Positions 37,609 through 47,254 of a stretch of 64,000 bases of DNA are shown in pieces. Each line of letters opens with the position of its first letter. The stretch's first letter is position 1. Position numbers and translations under genes: made by a program. The DNA is from Candidatus Saccharicenans sp. (GTDB lineage: Bacteria; Acidobacteriota; Aminicenantia; Aminicenantales; Saccharicenantaceae), in contig JASEIU010000001.1 in NCBI GenBank assembly GCA_030017715.1, positions 1,079,845 through 1,143,844 on the forward strand, read 5' to 3'. The notes below the pieces were generated by a model. That model was given only the letters and a program-made list of their open reading frames with translations, did not search any database and had not been told where the DNA came from.

Positions 37609-39633
37609 TCAATCAACCTTAGTCCAGGGAAAGCAGGTTATCCTCAACCTGGCGCAACCCATCGGAACCAACCTGATTCTGGTCTCAGGTTGTCTGGACA
37701 CGACCGGACTGGCCGGAACCTTACCGACCAGGCGGCCTTCTTCTTTCCAGTCGGGCAGCCTTCTGACCCTGGCCTCAAGAATCAGCGGGGCCGAATTAAG
37801 GGAAAAAGGCTGGTATTCTATCGGTCTCTTCTCGATAAGTTTAATGTCTGCGGCCGGAGACCCCGGGTTTAACAGCAGGGCATAATTCCAGGCTGAGGCC
37901 GGCAGAACTTCCCAGGCCGGCCAGTCATCTGTGCCCCCGGCTCTTTTCCATTCTTCTTTTATTTCCAGTGAGTACCAGAGAGGCCCCCGCCGGATCGAAG
38001 CCGCCTGGCCCAGGCCCGGCCAGAATTGAACCCTGACCTGCTCTTCCAATTCCAGCAAAATCCGGTCGCCGTATTTCCAGTCCCGGTCGATGACCGCAAA
38101 TTCTCCGGCTGCCCGGATTTCGCGGGAAGGGCCGCCGTTAACGGAAATGGAAGCCTTCTCCGTCCAGCCCGGAATTCTCAAGTAAAGCGGAAAAGAAACC
38201 GGTCGGTCGACATAAACTGTCAGCTCAATCCGACCGTCAAAGGGATAATCGGTATCCTGGATAATCCTGACCGTATTTCCCTGGTCGCCGGCCTTAAAAT
38301 TTACGGCTGAAGGCCCATAAAAAATTGCCGCTACTCCCTGATCGGAAGTGGCCAGCCAGAGATGTTCGATATAATACGGCCAGCCAAAGGCCACGTTATG
38401 CTGGCAGCAGCGATACTTCCAGGGATCAAACGAAAGCAGCTGGCCGGAGTTCTGGAAGTCATGTTCACCGGAACTGTCACAGGAAATCAGATTGGCGGCC
38501 GTCAGATAATGCAGAGCTTTCAGGTCGGGAGTCATGGCGGCCGGCAGGGAATTAACCGCGACCTCTTCAGCCCGGTCGGCGTAAATCACCTGTCCGGTTA
38601 TCTTGAGCAGTGATTCGAAACTGTTCATGAATTCCACCATGGTGCAGGTTTCTGCCCCCTGTCTGGGGTCGTTGTAGCCCGGCCTGATATTTTCATCGGC
38701 CGCGAACATGCCGCCCGGCTGCTGTCCGTAGGCTTCCCTGAGCTGGATATAATTTTTTTCCACAGCTTCCAGCAGCCGCCGGTCTCCCGTCTGCTGAAAA
38801 TAAACTCCGGGATATCTGAGGCCCATGGCAATATTGACCCCGTGATAGAAGGAGCTCTCTTCCCAGTCGCGGTCGCGCTCGGGAGTGAGCAGCGGAGAGG
38901 CCCAGTCGGCTGTACGCCGGTATAACCTGTGTCCAAGGTCCAGAAGCCATTTTTCTCCGGTCCGGTTATAAAGCCAGTAGACACTTTCCAGGTTTTCTCC
39001 GCCCCGGAGCTTCTGCCAGCTTCCCGGCAAAAGCTTTTCCTCCGGCAGATTTAGCTGGTAGCGAAAATAGGCCAGCATGAAATCGAGCACCCTCCTGTCG
39101 CCGCTGAATTCATAGTAACTCTGGAGACAGGCCAGGGCTACCATATTGGGCCAGAGGTCGTTATTCTCTTTATTTTCCACCGGACCGAAGTAACCATCAG
39201 GCTGCTGACTGTTTAATATGGCTTCCACCCATTTCCGGGCGGCGGCGATCATTTCCCGGTCTCCAAGAAGATAGGCCAGGTTGCCGTAACCTTTAAGCCA
39301 GTACGGCATTTCTTCCCAGCCGCGACCCTTGAGGGTAAGCCAGCCTGAATCAGACTGCAAATACCGGGATATTTCGGGCAGGCGTCCGGTCAGGCCTGTG
39401 GCCATCAGCCGGAGCTGACTCAGAAGCCAGCCCCTGGCTTCAATCCGGCCAAAGGGTAGTTTCAGCAGAGGATTGGCCTGCAGGGGCGGCCTGGAGCCCG
39501 GGTAATTAGGATTAGTCCTTTCCAGTGGCGGTGTCTTGGCAATCCTGATTTCGCTCACGGTCTGCCCTCCAGAAATACTTGGTACCGTTAATAGAACCAG
39601 AAGCAAGAGTGAAAGCCAGAATCTCCTGTTCAT
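37609..39633 (-). CDS. Secreted GH127/GH146 beta-L-arabinofuranosidase-like glycosidase
   Basis: GWEEMPYW, HGVN, GAETC..VE, YRCCQHN, TDYPF, LRIPGW, RGPL. Confidence 0.85.
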   Translation of the reverse strand: MNRRFWLSLLLLVLLTVPSISGGQTVSEIRIAKTPPLERTNPNYPGSRPPLQANPLLKLPFGRIEARGWLLSQLRLMATGLTGRLPEISRYLQSDSGWLTLKGRGWEEMPYWLKGYGNLAYLLGDREMIAAARKWVEAILNSQQPDGYFGPVENKENNDLWPNMVALACLQSYYEFSGDRRVLDFMLAYFRYQLNLPEEKLLPGSWQKLRGGENLESVYWLYNRTGEKWLLDLGHRLYRRTADWASPLLTPERDRDWEESSFYHGVNIAMGLRYPGVYFQQTGDRRLLEAVEKNYIQLREAYGQQPGGMFAADENIRPGYNDPRQGAETCTMVEFMNSFESLLKITGQVIYADRAEEVAVNSLPAAMTPDLKALHYLTAANLISCDSSGEHDFQNSGQLLSFDPWKYRCCQHNVAFGWPYYIEHLWLATSDQGVAAIFYGPSAVNFKAGDQGNTVRIIQDTDYPFDGRIELTVYVDRPVSFPLYLRIPGWTEKASISVNGGPSREIRAAGEFAVIDRDWKYGDRILLELEEQVRVQFWPGLGQAASIRRGPLWYSLEIKEEWKRAGGTDDWPAWEVLPASAWNYALLLNPGSPAADIKLIEKRPIEYQPFSLNSAPLILEARVRRLPDWKEEGRLVGKVPASPVVSRQPETRIRLVPMGCARLRITCFPWTKVD

Positions 39634-39729
39634 TGCTTACTCCTGCTTTCCATTTAACCACAATTTAGTCATCTTTCCTATGGTCGCCGGGGAGTTCAAG
39701 CCACCTGGCCGGATTCGGATATCTTAAAC

Positions 39730-40815
39730 TCAAATCTGAACTTCATATATTTTTTTCATTTTTCCTAAACGCAGGCCGGGATTGAAGACCCAGGCATAGA
39801 GATTAACGCTCCGGAAATAAGGAAAAAATCTGCTGCCGATAAGGCAGGCCTGGGAATAATAACCCTTGTTCCATTCAATTACTCCGACCATTCCCTGCCC
39901 GGCCAGATAATTCAGGAGGGAATTAATAACTTCTCTTTTTTCTTTTGAATTCAACCGCTCCAGGTAGAGGTGGTTTAGCCAGGCCCAGCGTTCGACACTC
40001 TTCCCGAGATGTTCATGTTCCAGATAATTGATCAGCCCGGCCAGACGTCCCTCTTTTTTTATGGCCAGGACCGAAGAGACGCCAGGGCATAATATTTCCC
40101 TTTTCAATTCTTCGGGTCCGGTCCAGACCCTGGCCAGGTCGGCCCGGCCGCGGTAAGAATTGAGCAGGTCAACGGCTTCCGGCAGGTCAGTCAGGCTGAA
40201 TGGTTCAAGGCTCAGCCCCTCCGGCAGGCGAGGGGCCGGAAGCTTATGGGCACCCCAGATTCTTATGGCCCTTTCTTCCCAGCTCTTGAGGTTTTCGGAA
40301 TAACTGACCTTTTTCAGGTCCAGGACCCGTCCCAGGACATACATCTTTTTTAGGTATTGCAGGGGCTGCCCCTCTTTTTTAAATTTTTCTATCAATTGTG
40401 AAGAACGATGACCGGACTCAAGATAAAGCAGAGCGAAATCATAGCGGGTAATTTCCTGGTTGATTCTGACCGCCTCCCTGATCAGGGCTTGAGCCAGGCC
40501 CTTCCTGGCCAGTTCCCGCCGGCTGACCAGGAGACAGCTGAGGATGGCCCGATAGTGCTGACCGCGATAGTAAAAAGTGCGAGGAATGTTGCCCAGAAAA
40601 GCCAGGATTTCCCCGTTCTTATAGGCGGCCATAAAATGTCGGGGGTCAGAGGCCAGCCCCATCAGATAACGGACAAATTCCGGCCGATAGAGATTGGGAA
40701 AGGATGAAATTCCGTACTCGTCCCGCCAGGCGTGGTGAGCCATGTTTTCCAGGGCCTCCAGGTTTCCGCGAAAAGGTTCGATGGTAACGCCATTCAGGTC
40801 GGCTAATTCCGGCAT
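39730..40815 (-). CDS. Tandem-GNAT acyltransferase resembling N-myristoyltransferase
   Basis: GNAT acyl-CoA motif ([16 protein letters not shown]) and a second GNAT-like half. SD AGGAGG precedes ATG 40815. Confidence 0.7.
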   Translation of the reverse strand: [361 protein letters not shown]

Positions 40816-41032
40816 CCGGGCCTCCTGTAAATTCAGATTTGAGTTAAAAACCAATAATATCCGAACATGTCCGGCTTCTGCCCCGTCCTCAAAGGGGCGA
40901 AATTTCTCAGGCGGGCTAAATTATAATAAATTCCTTGACCGGCCTGAATATATTTTTTATAGAGACCTGTTGTCAAGGGCGTGGCGGAAAGCAAAAATTC
41001 TGTTGCCGGTATTTTTTTCTTAAAATCTGTTG

Positions 41033-41041
41033 TGCTATAAT
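41033..41041 (+). promoter_or_regulatory. Extended -10 promoter
   Basis: TGCTATAAT about 67 nt upstream of the TTG at 41109. Confidence 0.55.
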
Positions 41042-41108
41042 GCCTGTCTTAAATTTCGGCGACCTGAAGGATTCTGGTTCTGGTCATTCTTGATTAAAGG
41101 AGTCTCCT

Positions 41109-43223
41109 TTGATCGACAACCGCCTTTATAAACATCCTATTCTACCGGTTGAGGACAGGCCTCTTTTCAGTTTTTATTTCCGTGATCGAGAGCTCAAGGC
41201 TCGACCCGGCGAAACCATCGCCTCTGCCCTGTTCGCCAACGGCATCAGAATTTTCAGCTACCACCACAAGGATGGAGCGCCCCAGGGGATTTTCTGCGCC
41301 AACGGCCAATGCGCACAGTGTCTGGTTCTGGCCGACGGCTTCCCGGTGAAATCCTGTATGGAATTGATAAAACCCGGAATGAAGATCGAACCTGTGGTGG
41401 GTTGGCCCGAACTCCCTCCGGTTGACCCGGAAGCGACGGTCGACTTTAAGCCGGTGGAAGAAATTGAAGTCTCGGTGCTGATTATAGGCGGAGGTCCAGC
41501 CGGGCTATCGGCCGCCATCGAACTCGGCCAGCGGGGTGTGGACTGCCTGCTGGTGGACGACAAACACCGTCTGGGAGGAAAACTGGTGCTTCAAACCCAC
41601 CGTTTCTTCGGCTCGGTGGAAGCGGTCTATGCCGGCACCAGGGGCATCGACATTGCCACCAGGCTGGAAAACGAGCTGCGACAGTACCCCCGGGTGGCAA
41701 TCTGGCTTCAGAGCACGGCTCTGGCGGTTTTCAGCGATAAGAAAGTCGGGATACTCAAAGAAAACAGGAAATACGCTCTGGTCAAGCCGAGGGTTTTGCT
41801 GGTGGCGGCCGGAGCGCGCGAAAAATCGCTGGCTTTCCCGGGAAATGACCTGCCCGGAGTTTATGGGGCCGGAGCCTTCCAGACTCTGGTCAATCGCGAC
41901 CTGGTCAAACCCACCGAAAAATTATTTATCGTCGGCGGCGGTAACGTCGGGTTAATCGCCGGATACCACGCACTTCAGGCCGGCATCAAGGTGGTCGGAC
42001 TGGTGGAAGTGATGCCCGAAGTCGGCGGCTATAAAGTTCACAAAGATAAACTGGCCAGGCTGGGAGTGCCCATTCTTACTTCCCATACCATACTGAGCGC
42101 CAACGGAAAGGATAATGTGGAATCGGTGACCATAGCCAGGGTGGATGAAAAATTCCGTCCTGTCCCGGGCAGCGAAAGAACCCTCAGCTGCGACACCGTT
42201 CTGATAGCAGTCGGGCTTGACCCGGTCAACGAGTTTTATCTTAAAGCCAGAGAATTCGGACTTCCGGTTTATGCGGCCGGAGATGCCGAGGAAATAGCCG
42301 AGGCTTCGGCGGCCATCTTTTCCGGCAAGATTCGCGGGCTGGAGATTGCCCGAGAGCTGGGCGCGGTTCAGGCTGAAGTTCCGGAAGACTGGTACCGGAC
42401 GGCCGAGATACTGAAATCCAGACCGGGCCGGACTTATCCCGAATATTATCCGGAAAAGGAAGAAGGGGTGTTTCCGGTCATTCACTGTCTTCAGGAGATC
42501 CCCTGCGACCCCTGCTCGGCCGTCTGCCCGAGGAAATTGATTGAGGTTGACCGCCGGGATGTCCGCAAGCTGCCTGTATATTATGAAGAAAAAGAAGGCA
42601 AGGGCTGCAGCGGCTGCGAGAGGTGCGTGGTTTTTTGCCCGGGTCTGGCGATAACTCTGGTTGATTACCGCCGCAATCCGGAATTTCCTGAAGTCACCAT
42701 TCCCTTTGAATTCTTAAAAGAAATCATCAATCCCGGAGATGAGGTTTCAGTGGTTGATATTTCCGGACAGGAACTGGCCAGGAGCAGGGTGATTTCAATC
42801 AAATCCATCAAGGGCAACGACCGGACGATTCTGGTCAAGGTTCAGGTACCCGGAGCAGTAGCCAAGAAGGTCAGCGGACTCAGGCTGCAACCTGAAATTA
42901 TCGAAACTGAAGAAAAATATCTGGAAAGAATTCCTGACGAAGCCATAATCTGTCGCTGTGAAAGAGTCACGGCCGGAGAAATCCGGAAATTGATCAGAGA
43001 AGGCGTCAGAGATATAAACGAGATCAAGACCATAACCAGAGCCGGCATGGGGCCCTGCGGGGCCAAGACCTGCACTCCGCTGGTTCATCGCCTGTTCCGC
43101 GAGGAGGGCGTTCCCGAAAGCGAAATCATCGACCAGCCCAAACGTCCGCTGTTCATAGAAGTGCCGCTGGGATTGTTTGCCGGTCTGGAAAAAGGAAAGG
43201 AGCCCGGGAATGAGTCGCGCTGA
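41109..43223 (+). CDS. Multidomain FAD/Fe-S oxidoreductase (sarcosine oxidase alpha / dye-linked proline dehydrogenase-like)
   Basis: 2Fe-2S motif FCANGQCAQC..SC, GGGPAG and GGGNVG, two 4Fe-4S motifs, BFD-like CRCE..GMGPC..TC. Confidence 0.85.
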   Translation: MIDNRLYKHPILPVEDRPLFSFYFRDRELKARPGETIASALFANGIRIFSYHHKDGAPQGIFCANGQCAQCLVLADGFPVKSCMELIKPGMKIEPVVGWPELPPVDPEATVDFKPVEEIEVSVLIIGGGPAGLSAAIELGQRGVDCLLVDDKHRLGGKLVLQTHRFFGSVEAVYAGTRGIDIATRLENELRQYPRVAIWLQSTALAVFSDKKVGILKENRKYALVKPRVLLVAAGAREKSLAFPGNDLPGVYGAGAFQTLVNRDLVKPTEKLFIVGGGNVGLIAGYHALQAGIKVVGLVEVMPEVGGYKVHKDKLARLGVPILTSHTILSANGKDNVESVTIARVDEKFRPVPGSERTLSCDTVLIAVGLDPVNEFYLKAREFGLPVYAAGDAEEIAEASAAIFSGKIRGLEIARELGAVQAEVPEDWYRTAEILKSRPGRTYPEYYPEKEEGVFPVIHCLQEIPCDPCSAVCPRKLIEVDRRDVRKLPVYYEEKEGKGCSGCERCVVFCPGLAITLVDYRRNPEFPEVTIPFEFLKEIINPGDEVSVVDISGQELARSRVISIKSIKGNDRTILVKVQVPGAVAKKVSGLRLQPEIIETEEKYLERIPDEAIICRCERVTAGEIRKLIREGVRDINEIKTITRAGMGPCGAKTCTPLVHRLFREEGVPESEIIDQPKRPLFIEVPLGLFAGLEKGKEPGNESR

Positions 43224-44367
43224 ATACGATGTCATCATAATCGGAGCCGGCAGCATCGGCACTCCGACTGCCCTGTTTCTGGCCCGGAAGGGATTCAGAG
43301 TCCTGGTGCTTGACCGCAATCCCAGTCCCGGGCAGAGTTCCAACAAAAGAGCCATCGGCGGCCTGAGGGCTACCCACTCCGACCCGGCCAAGATCAAGCT
43401 GGGTTTGCGCAGCCTGAAGATTTTTTCCACCTGGAAAGAGACTTACGGCGACGAAATTGAATGGCATCAGGGCGGTTATTGCTTTGTCGCTTACCGGGAA
43501 GAAGAAGAAAAGACGCTGAAGGAAGTTTTGCCCCTTCAAAAAAGACACGGACTGAAGATTGACTGGTTGGAGGCTGAGGAACTGAGAAAATTGCTTCCCG
43601 ACCTTAATCCCCGCGGCCTGAGAGGCGGGGCTTTTTCTCCTGAAGACGGAAATGCTTCTCCCCTGCTGGCGGTTGAGGCTTTCTACCGCCGGGCCCGGCA
43701 GGCCGGAGCTCAATTCCGATTTAGAGAAAATGTTAAAAATCTGGTGATTGAAAACGGTAAGGTCAAAGGAGTTGTCACCGATATCGGAAGCTATCAGGCC
43801 GGAGTGGTCATCAATGCGGCCGGAGCCTGGGCGGCTGAAGTGGCCGGGCTGGCCGGAATGAAAATTCCGGTAACTCCTGATTCTCACGAGGCGGCAGTTA
43901 CCGAACCGGTCCAGAGATTTTTTGAACCCATGGTGGTCGACATCCGACCGGTCAAAGGCTCAGCCAACTATTATTTCTATCAGCACGCCACCGGCCAGAT
44001 CATTTTCTGCATCACTCCCAGCCCAAGTCTCTGGGGTTTTGACGAGAGAGAGACCAGCGACTTCCTGCCAATGGTTTCCCGGAGGATGATTGAACTGATG
44101 CCCAGGCTTCAGAATATTCGGGTCAGAAGAACCTGGCGCGGGCTTTACCCCATGACGCCGGACGGCTTTCCCATCGTCGGCTGGTCAAAGGAAATTCAGG
44201 GCTTTTTGCTGGCCGTGGGCATGTGCGGCCAGGGCTTCATGCTTGGCCCGGGAGTGGCTGAGCTCCTGACCAGACTGGTTTCCGGCCAGCCCGGACCCGA
44301 CGACGAAGAAATCCTGTCTTACCTTTCGCCATACAGAAATTTCGTCAGCGAAGAAAAGCTTAAATAG
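43210..44367 (+). CDS. FAD-dependent amine/amino-acid oxidoreductase (DAO / sarcosine oxidase beta-like)
   Basis: DVIIIGAGSIG, NAAGAW, RTWRGLYPMTPDGFPIVG, GQGFMLGP. Confidence 0.88.
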   Translation: MSRAEYDVIIIGAGSIGTPTALFLARKGFRVLVLDRNPSPGQSSNKRAIGGLRATHSDPAKIKLGLRSLKIFSTWKETYGDEIEWHQGGYCFVAYREEEEKTLKEVLPLQKRHGLKIDWLEAEELRKLLPDLNPRGLRGGAFSPEDGNASPLLAVEAFYRRARQAGAQFRFRENVKNLVIENGKVKGVVTDIGSYQAGVVINAAGAWAAEVAGLAGMKIPVTPDSHEAAVTEPVQRFFEPMVVDIRPVKGSANYYFYQHATGQIIFCITPSPSLWGFDERETSDFLPMVSRRMIELMPRLQNIRVRRTWRGLYPMTPDGFPIVGWSKEIQGFLLAVGMCGQGFMLGPGVAELLTRLVSGQPGPDDEEILSYLSPYRNFVSEEKLK

Positions 44368-44384
44368 GTCGGCCGGTTAACCGT

Positions 44385-45143
44385 CTATCTCAAAATTAAC
44401 TGTCGGCCCTCGGCTTCCACCACCCGGAGCGGGTAGTCAAACAGCGTTCCCAGCAATTCTGCCCTGAATATTTCCGCGGTGGGCCCGGCAGCCAGAATTC
44501 GTCCTTTCTGGATCATGACCATAAAATCTGCCAGCCGGGGTATCAGGTCGATGCTGTGAATCGAAGTAATTATCATCTTGGCCCTGTCTTCAGCCAGTTT
44601 TTTCAGCAGACCGATTATTTCCATCTCGTGCTTGAGGTCGAGAAAGGTGGTCGGCTCATCCAGGAGAATTACTTTCGAATCCTGGGCCAGAGCTCTGGCT
44701 ATAAACACTATTCTTCTTTCTCCGCTGCTGAGCTCCTGACATTTACGTTGGGCCAGTTTCTCCAGTCCCAGGTAAGAAATAACCTCTTCTGTTTTTTCGT
44801 AATCTGCCCTGGCCGGGGGTGTGAAAATGTTAAGATAACCGCTCCGGCCCATAAGAATGAAATCGAAGACTCTGAAATTAAGGCTGGCGCTGTATTCCTG
44901 GGGAACGTAACTGACCAGTCTGGCCCTTTCCGGCCCTCTGAGCCCGGCCAGCTCTCGGCCGTCGATAAAAATAGCGCCCGCGACCGGCCTGACCAGTCCG
45001 GCCAGCGCCCGGAGCAACGTTGATTTGCCGGCCCCGTTGGGTCCTACCAGAACCGAGACCCGGTTGGGCGAAAAGGTCAGGTTTTCCACGCGCAGTTCGA
45101 AGTCTTCATACCTGACCTGAAGCTGTTCCACCCTGATCTGCAT
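44385..45143 (-). CDS. Iron-chelate/cobalamin ABC transporter ATPase
   Basis: GPNGAGKST, LSSGE, LLDEPT. Confidence 0.9.
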   Translation of the reverse strand: MQIRVEQLQVRYEDFELRVENLTFSPNRVSVLVGPNGAGKSTLLRALAGLVRPVAGAIFIDGRELAGLRGPERARLVSYVPQEYSASLNFRVFDFILMGRSGYLNIFTPPARADYEKTEEVISYLGLEKLAQRKCQELSSGERRIVFIARALAQDSKVILLDEPTTFLDLKHEMEIIGLLKKLAEDRAKMIITSIHSIDLIPRLADFMVMIQKGRILAAGPTAEIFRAELLGTLFDYPLRVVEAEGRQLILR

Positions 45144-45145
45144 GT

Positions 45146-46168
45146 TTAACTCCAGCTGGACCTGGCCCTTTTAATTAAAAATAGAAAGAAGGGAATTCCG
45201 ACCAGGTTGGTCAGAATGCCAACCGGGAATTCGAACGGAGACAGAACTCTAATCAGGTCGTCGGCCAGCAGCATCAGACTGGCTCCCAGACCGGCCGAGA
45301 CCGGCAGAACCAGGCGGTTGTCCGCCCCGACCAGTCCCCTGACGGCGTGTGGTACGATGAGCCCAACCCAGCCTATTATGCCAGCAATGGAAACCACGGC
45401 CGAGGTGATCAGGGCGGCCAGACAGATTATCAAAATTCTTTCTCTCTTAACGGCCAGCCCCAGAGACCTGGCTTCATCATCGCTCAGGCTCAGGGCATTT
45501 ATCCGCCAGCCCATTTTTATCAGCAAGGTCAGCCCTGCCAGAATCAACGGGCCGGACCACAGCAGGTCGGTCCAGGTAGCCTGAGAAAAGCTGCCCAGCA
45601 ACCAGAAAAATAGGGACTGGAGAGCATAGGGACTGGCCACAAATTCCAGAGCTGACAGCAGAGCCTGGAAAAGCGCCGATACGATTATTCCCGTGAGCAG
45701 GACGGCCACCAGGGTGTTTCTGGCCCCTTCTGAGATAACCAGCACCAGAACTACGGCCAGCAGCCCGCAGGCAAAGGCCAGCACCTGGGGCGGAAAGCTC
45801 CTGCTAAAGAGAATCAGCGAGGCTGCGGCTCCGAAACCGGCTCCGAAGGAAACACCCAGGACGTATTCATTAACCAGCGGGTTTCTAAAAAGAGATTGAA
45901 GTGAAGCTCCCGAAACCGAAAAAGCGGCCCCGGCCAGAAGAGCCAAAAGCACCCGGGGCAGTCTGATGTTCAAGACAATATTGGCCGCGGGACTGGATAA
46001 CAGAACCTGATTGACGCCTGATATCCTGGCCGCCAGAATTTCCAGCGCTTCCCGCACGGATACTTTTAAGGTGCCGAGACTTAAAGAGATTAACAGCAGG
46101 AGCAGCGGAAGCAAGAGGGACAGGAAAAGAATGGTTCTTTTTTTATTTTTTCTTATCGAACCAGTCAT
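45146..46168 (-). CDS. FecCD/BtuC family ABC permease
   Basis: IRLPR, FRNPL, GIIGWVGLIVPH, PVGILT..G.PFF. Confidence 0.92.
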   Translation of the reverse strand: MTGSIRKNKKRTILFLSLLLPLLLLLISLSLGTLKVSVREALEILAARISGVNQVLLSSPAANIVLNIRLPRVLLALLAGAAFSVSGASLQSLFRNPLVNEYVLGVSFGAGFGAAASLILFSRSFPPQVLAFACGLLAVVLVLVISEGARNTLVAVLLTGIIVSALFQALLSALEFVASPYALQSLFFWLLGSFSQATWTDLLWSGPLILAGLTLLIKMGWRINALSLSDDEARSLGLAVKRERILIICLAALITSAVVSIAGIIGWVGLIVPHAVRGLVGADNRLVLPVSAGLGASLMLLADDLIRVLSPFEFPVGILTNLVGIPFFLFLIKRARSSWS

Positions 46169-47219
46169 AAGCTTTTATTTTAGCACACAGCTCCCGGAAT
46201 AGCCCCGACCGGCGGTAAAAAAAAGAGAAAATTTCATCGCCAGCCTGTAACATGGTCTGGCTGTCCGGCGGTCCGCCCGACAGCAGGTCGGCCAGATAAA
46301 GACATTCTATCAGCACCAGGGCCGGGTCCCACCAGTACCAGAAACCGAAGGTGTAATACACCCTCTTTGCTCGAACCGCCCTTACGGTCTGCAGTCTCGG
46401 GTCTGACAATACCGTTTCCACGGTCACCGTCCTTTCTTCCGGAAGATAATTGCCGTGGATAAGGATTATCTCGGGGTCAAGAGACAGCAGGGTTTCCAGG
46501 TTGAGCACTGCGGTGTCCGACCCCGCGTGGATTCTCCGGAAACGACCGGCCAGGTTGCGCCCCCCGGCCAGGTCAACCGGCTCATAATCAACGGGCGACC
46601 GCAGCAGCGAACCCCAGAAACAGAGATAAACTCCGGGTCTTTTCTCTGGCTGAATATGAGAAGTTTTTTTCTTGATTTCAGCCAGCCTGAACCGCAGGTA
46701 ATCGGTCAGAAGCCGACCCCTTTTTTCGCTGCCGGTAATTCTGGACATGGCCTCAATTTCAGTCAGCAGGTCATCAACCTTCCCGACCGCGCTGAGACTG
46801 ACCACCGGACAGTTTAATTTACGGCTGAGGTTTCTGGAGAGCATTAGTTCAGAGGGAGAGATCAGCACCAGGTCGGGTTTCAGCTCAAGTATTTTTTCAA
46901 CATTGGCATCCTCGCCGGTAATCGACACTACCGGTAGATTAGCCACTTCCGGGAAAACTATCGGCAGTATATGGTCATAGCGGGAGGGAAAGCGGTCAAC
47001 CGCCACCACCTTTTCCTGCTGCTCCAGGGCCACCAGTATTCTGAGCAATTCCGGCTGCAGGCAAACTATTCTCTCCACTCTGGCCGGGATCTTCACCTGC
47101 CGGCCCAGACTGTCTTTAATGGTAATCCGGGTCGAGTCCGAACCTTTAACTTCGGCTATGGAGACCAGCAGGAACAGCAGAAACACAATGCTCTTTTTCC
47201 AGGTTGTTATCCGGTTCAT
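46143..47219 (-). CDS. ABC substrate-binding protein (FecB/BtuF class)
   Basis: Signal peptide, DSLGRQV..P..VERIV, NVEKILELKPDLV, AVRAKRVY. Confidence 0.88.
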   Translation of the reverse strand: MNRITTWKKSIVFLLFLLVSIAEVKGSDSTRITIKDSLGRQVKIPARVERIVCLQPELLRILVALEQQEKVVAVDRFPSRYDHILPIVFPEVANLPVVSITGEDANVEKILELKPDLVLISPSELMLSRNLSRKLNCPVVSLSAVGKVDDLLTEIEAMSRITGSEKRGRLLTDYLRFRLAEIKKKTSHIQPEKRPGVYLCFWGSLLRSPVDYEPVDLAGGRNLAGRFRRIHAGSDTAVLNLETLLSLDPEIILIHGNYLPEERTVTVETVLSDPRLQTVRAVRAKRVYYTFGFWYWWDPALVLIECLYLADLLSGGPPDSQTMLQAGDEIFSFFYRRSGLFRELCAKIKAYDWFDKKK

Positions 47220-47254
47220 TCAATATTATGGTTTTTTATCAATGAATTATGCTC

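Noticed and set aside
47220-47254. Cobalamin riboswitch or Fur box before the ABC importer
   Set aside because: The gap is 35 nt with no recognisable motif, so the substrate is left unassigned.
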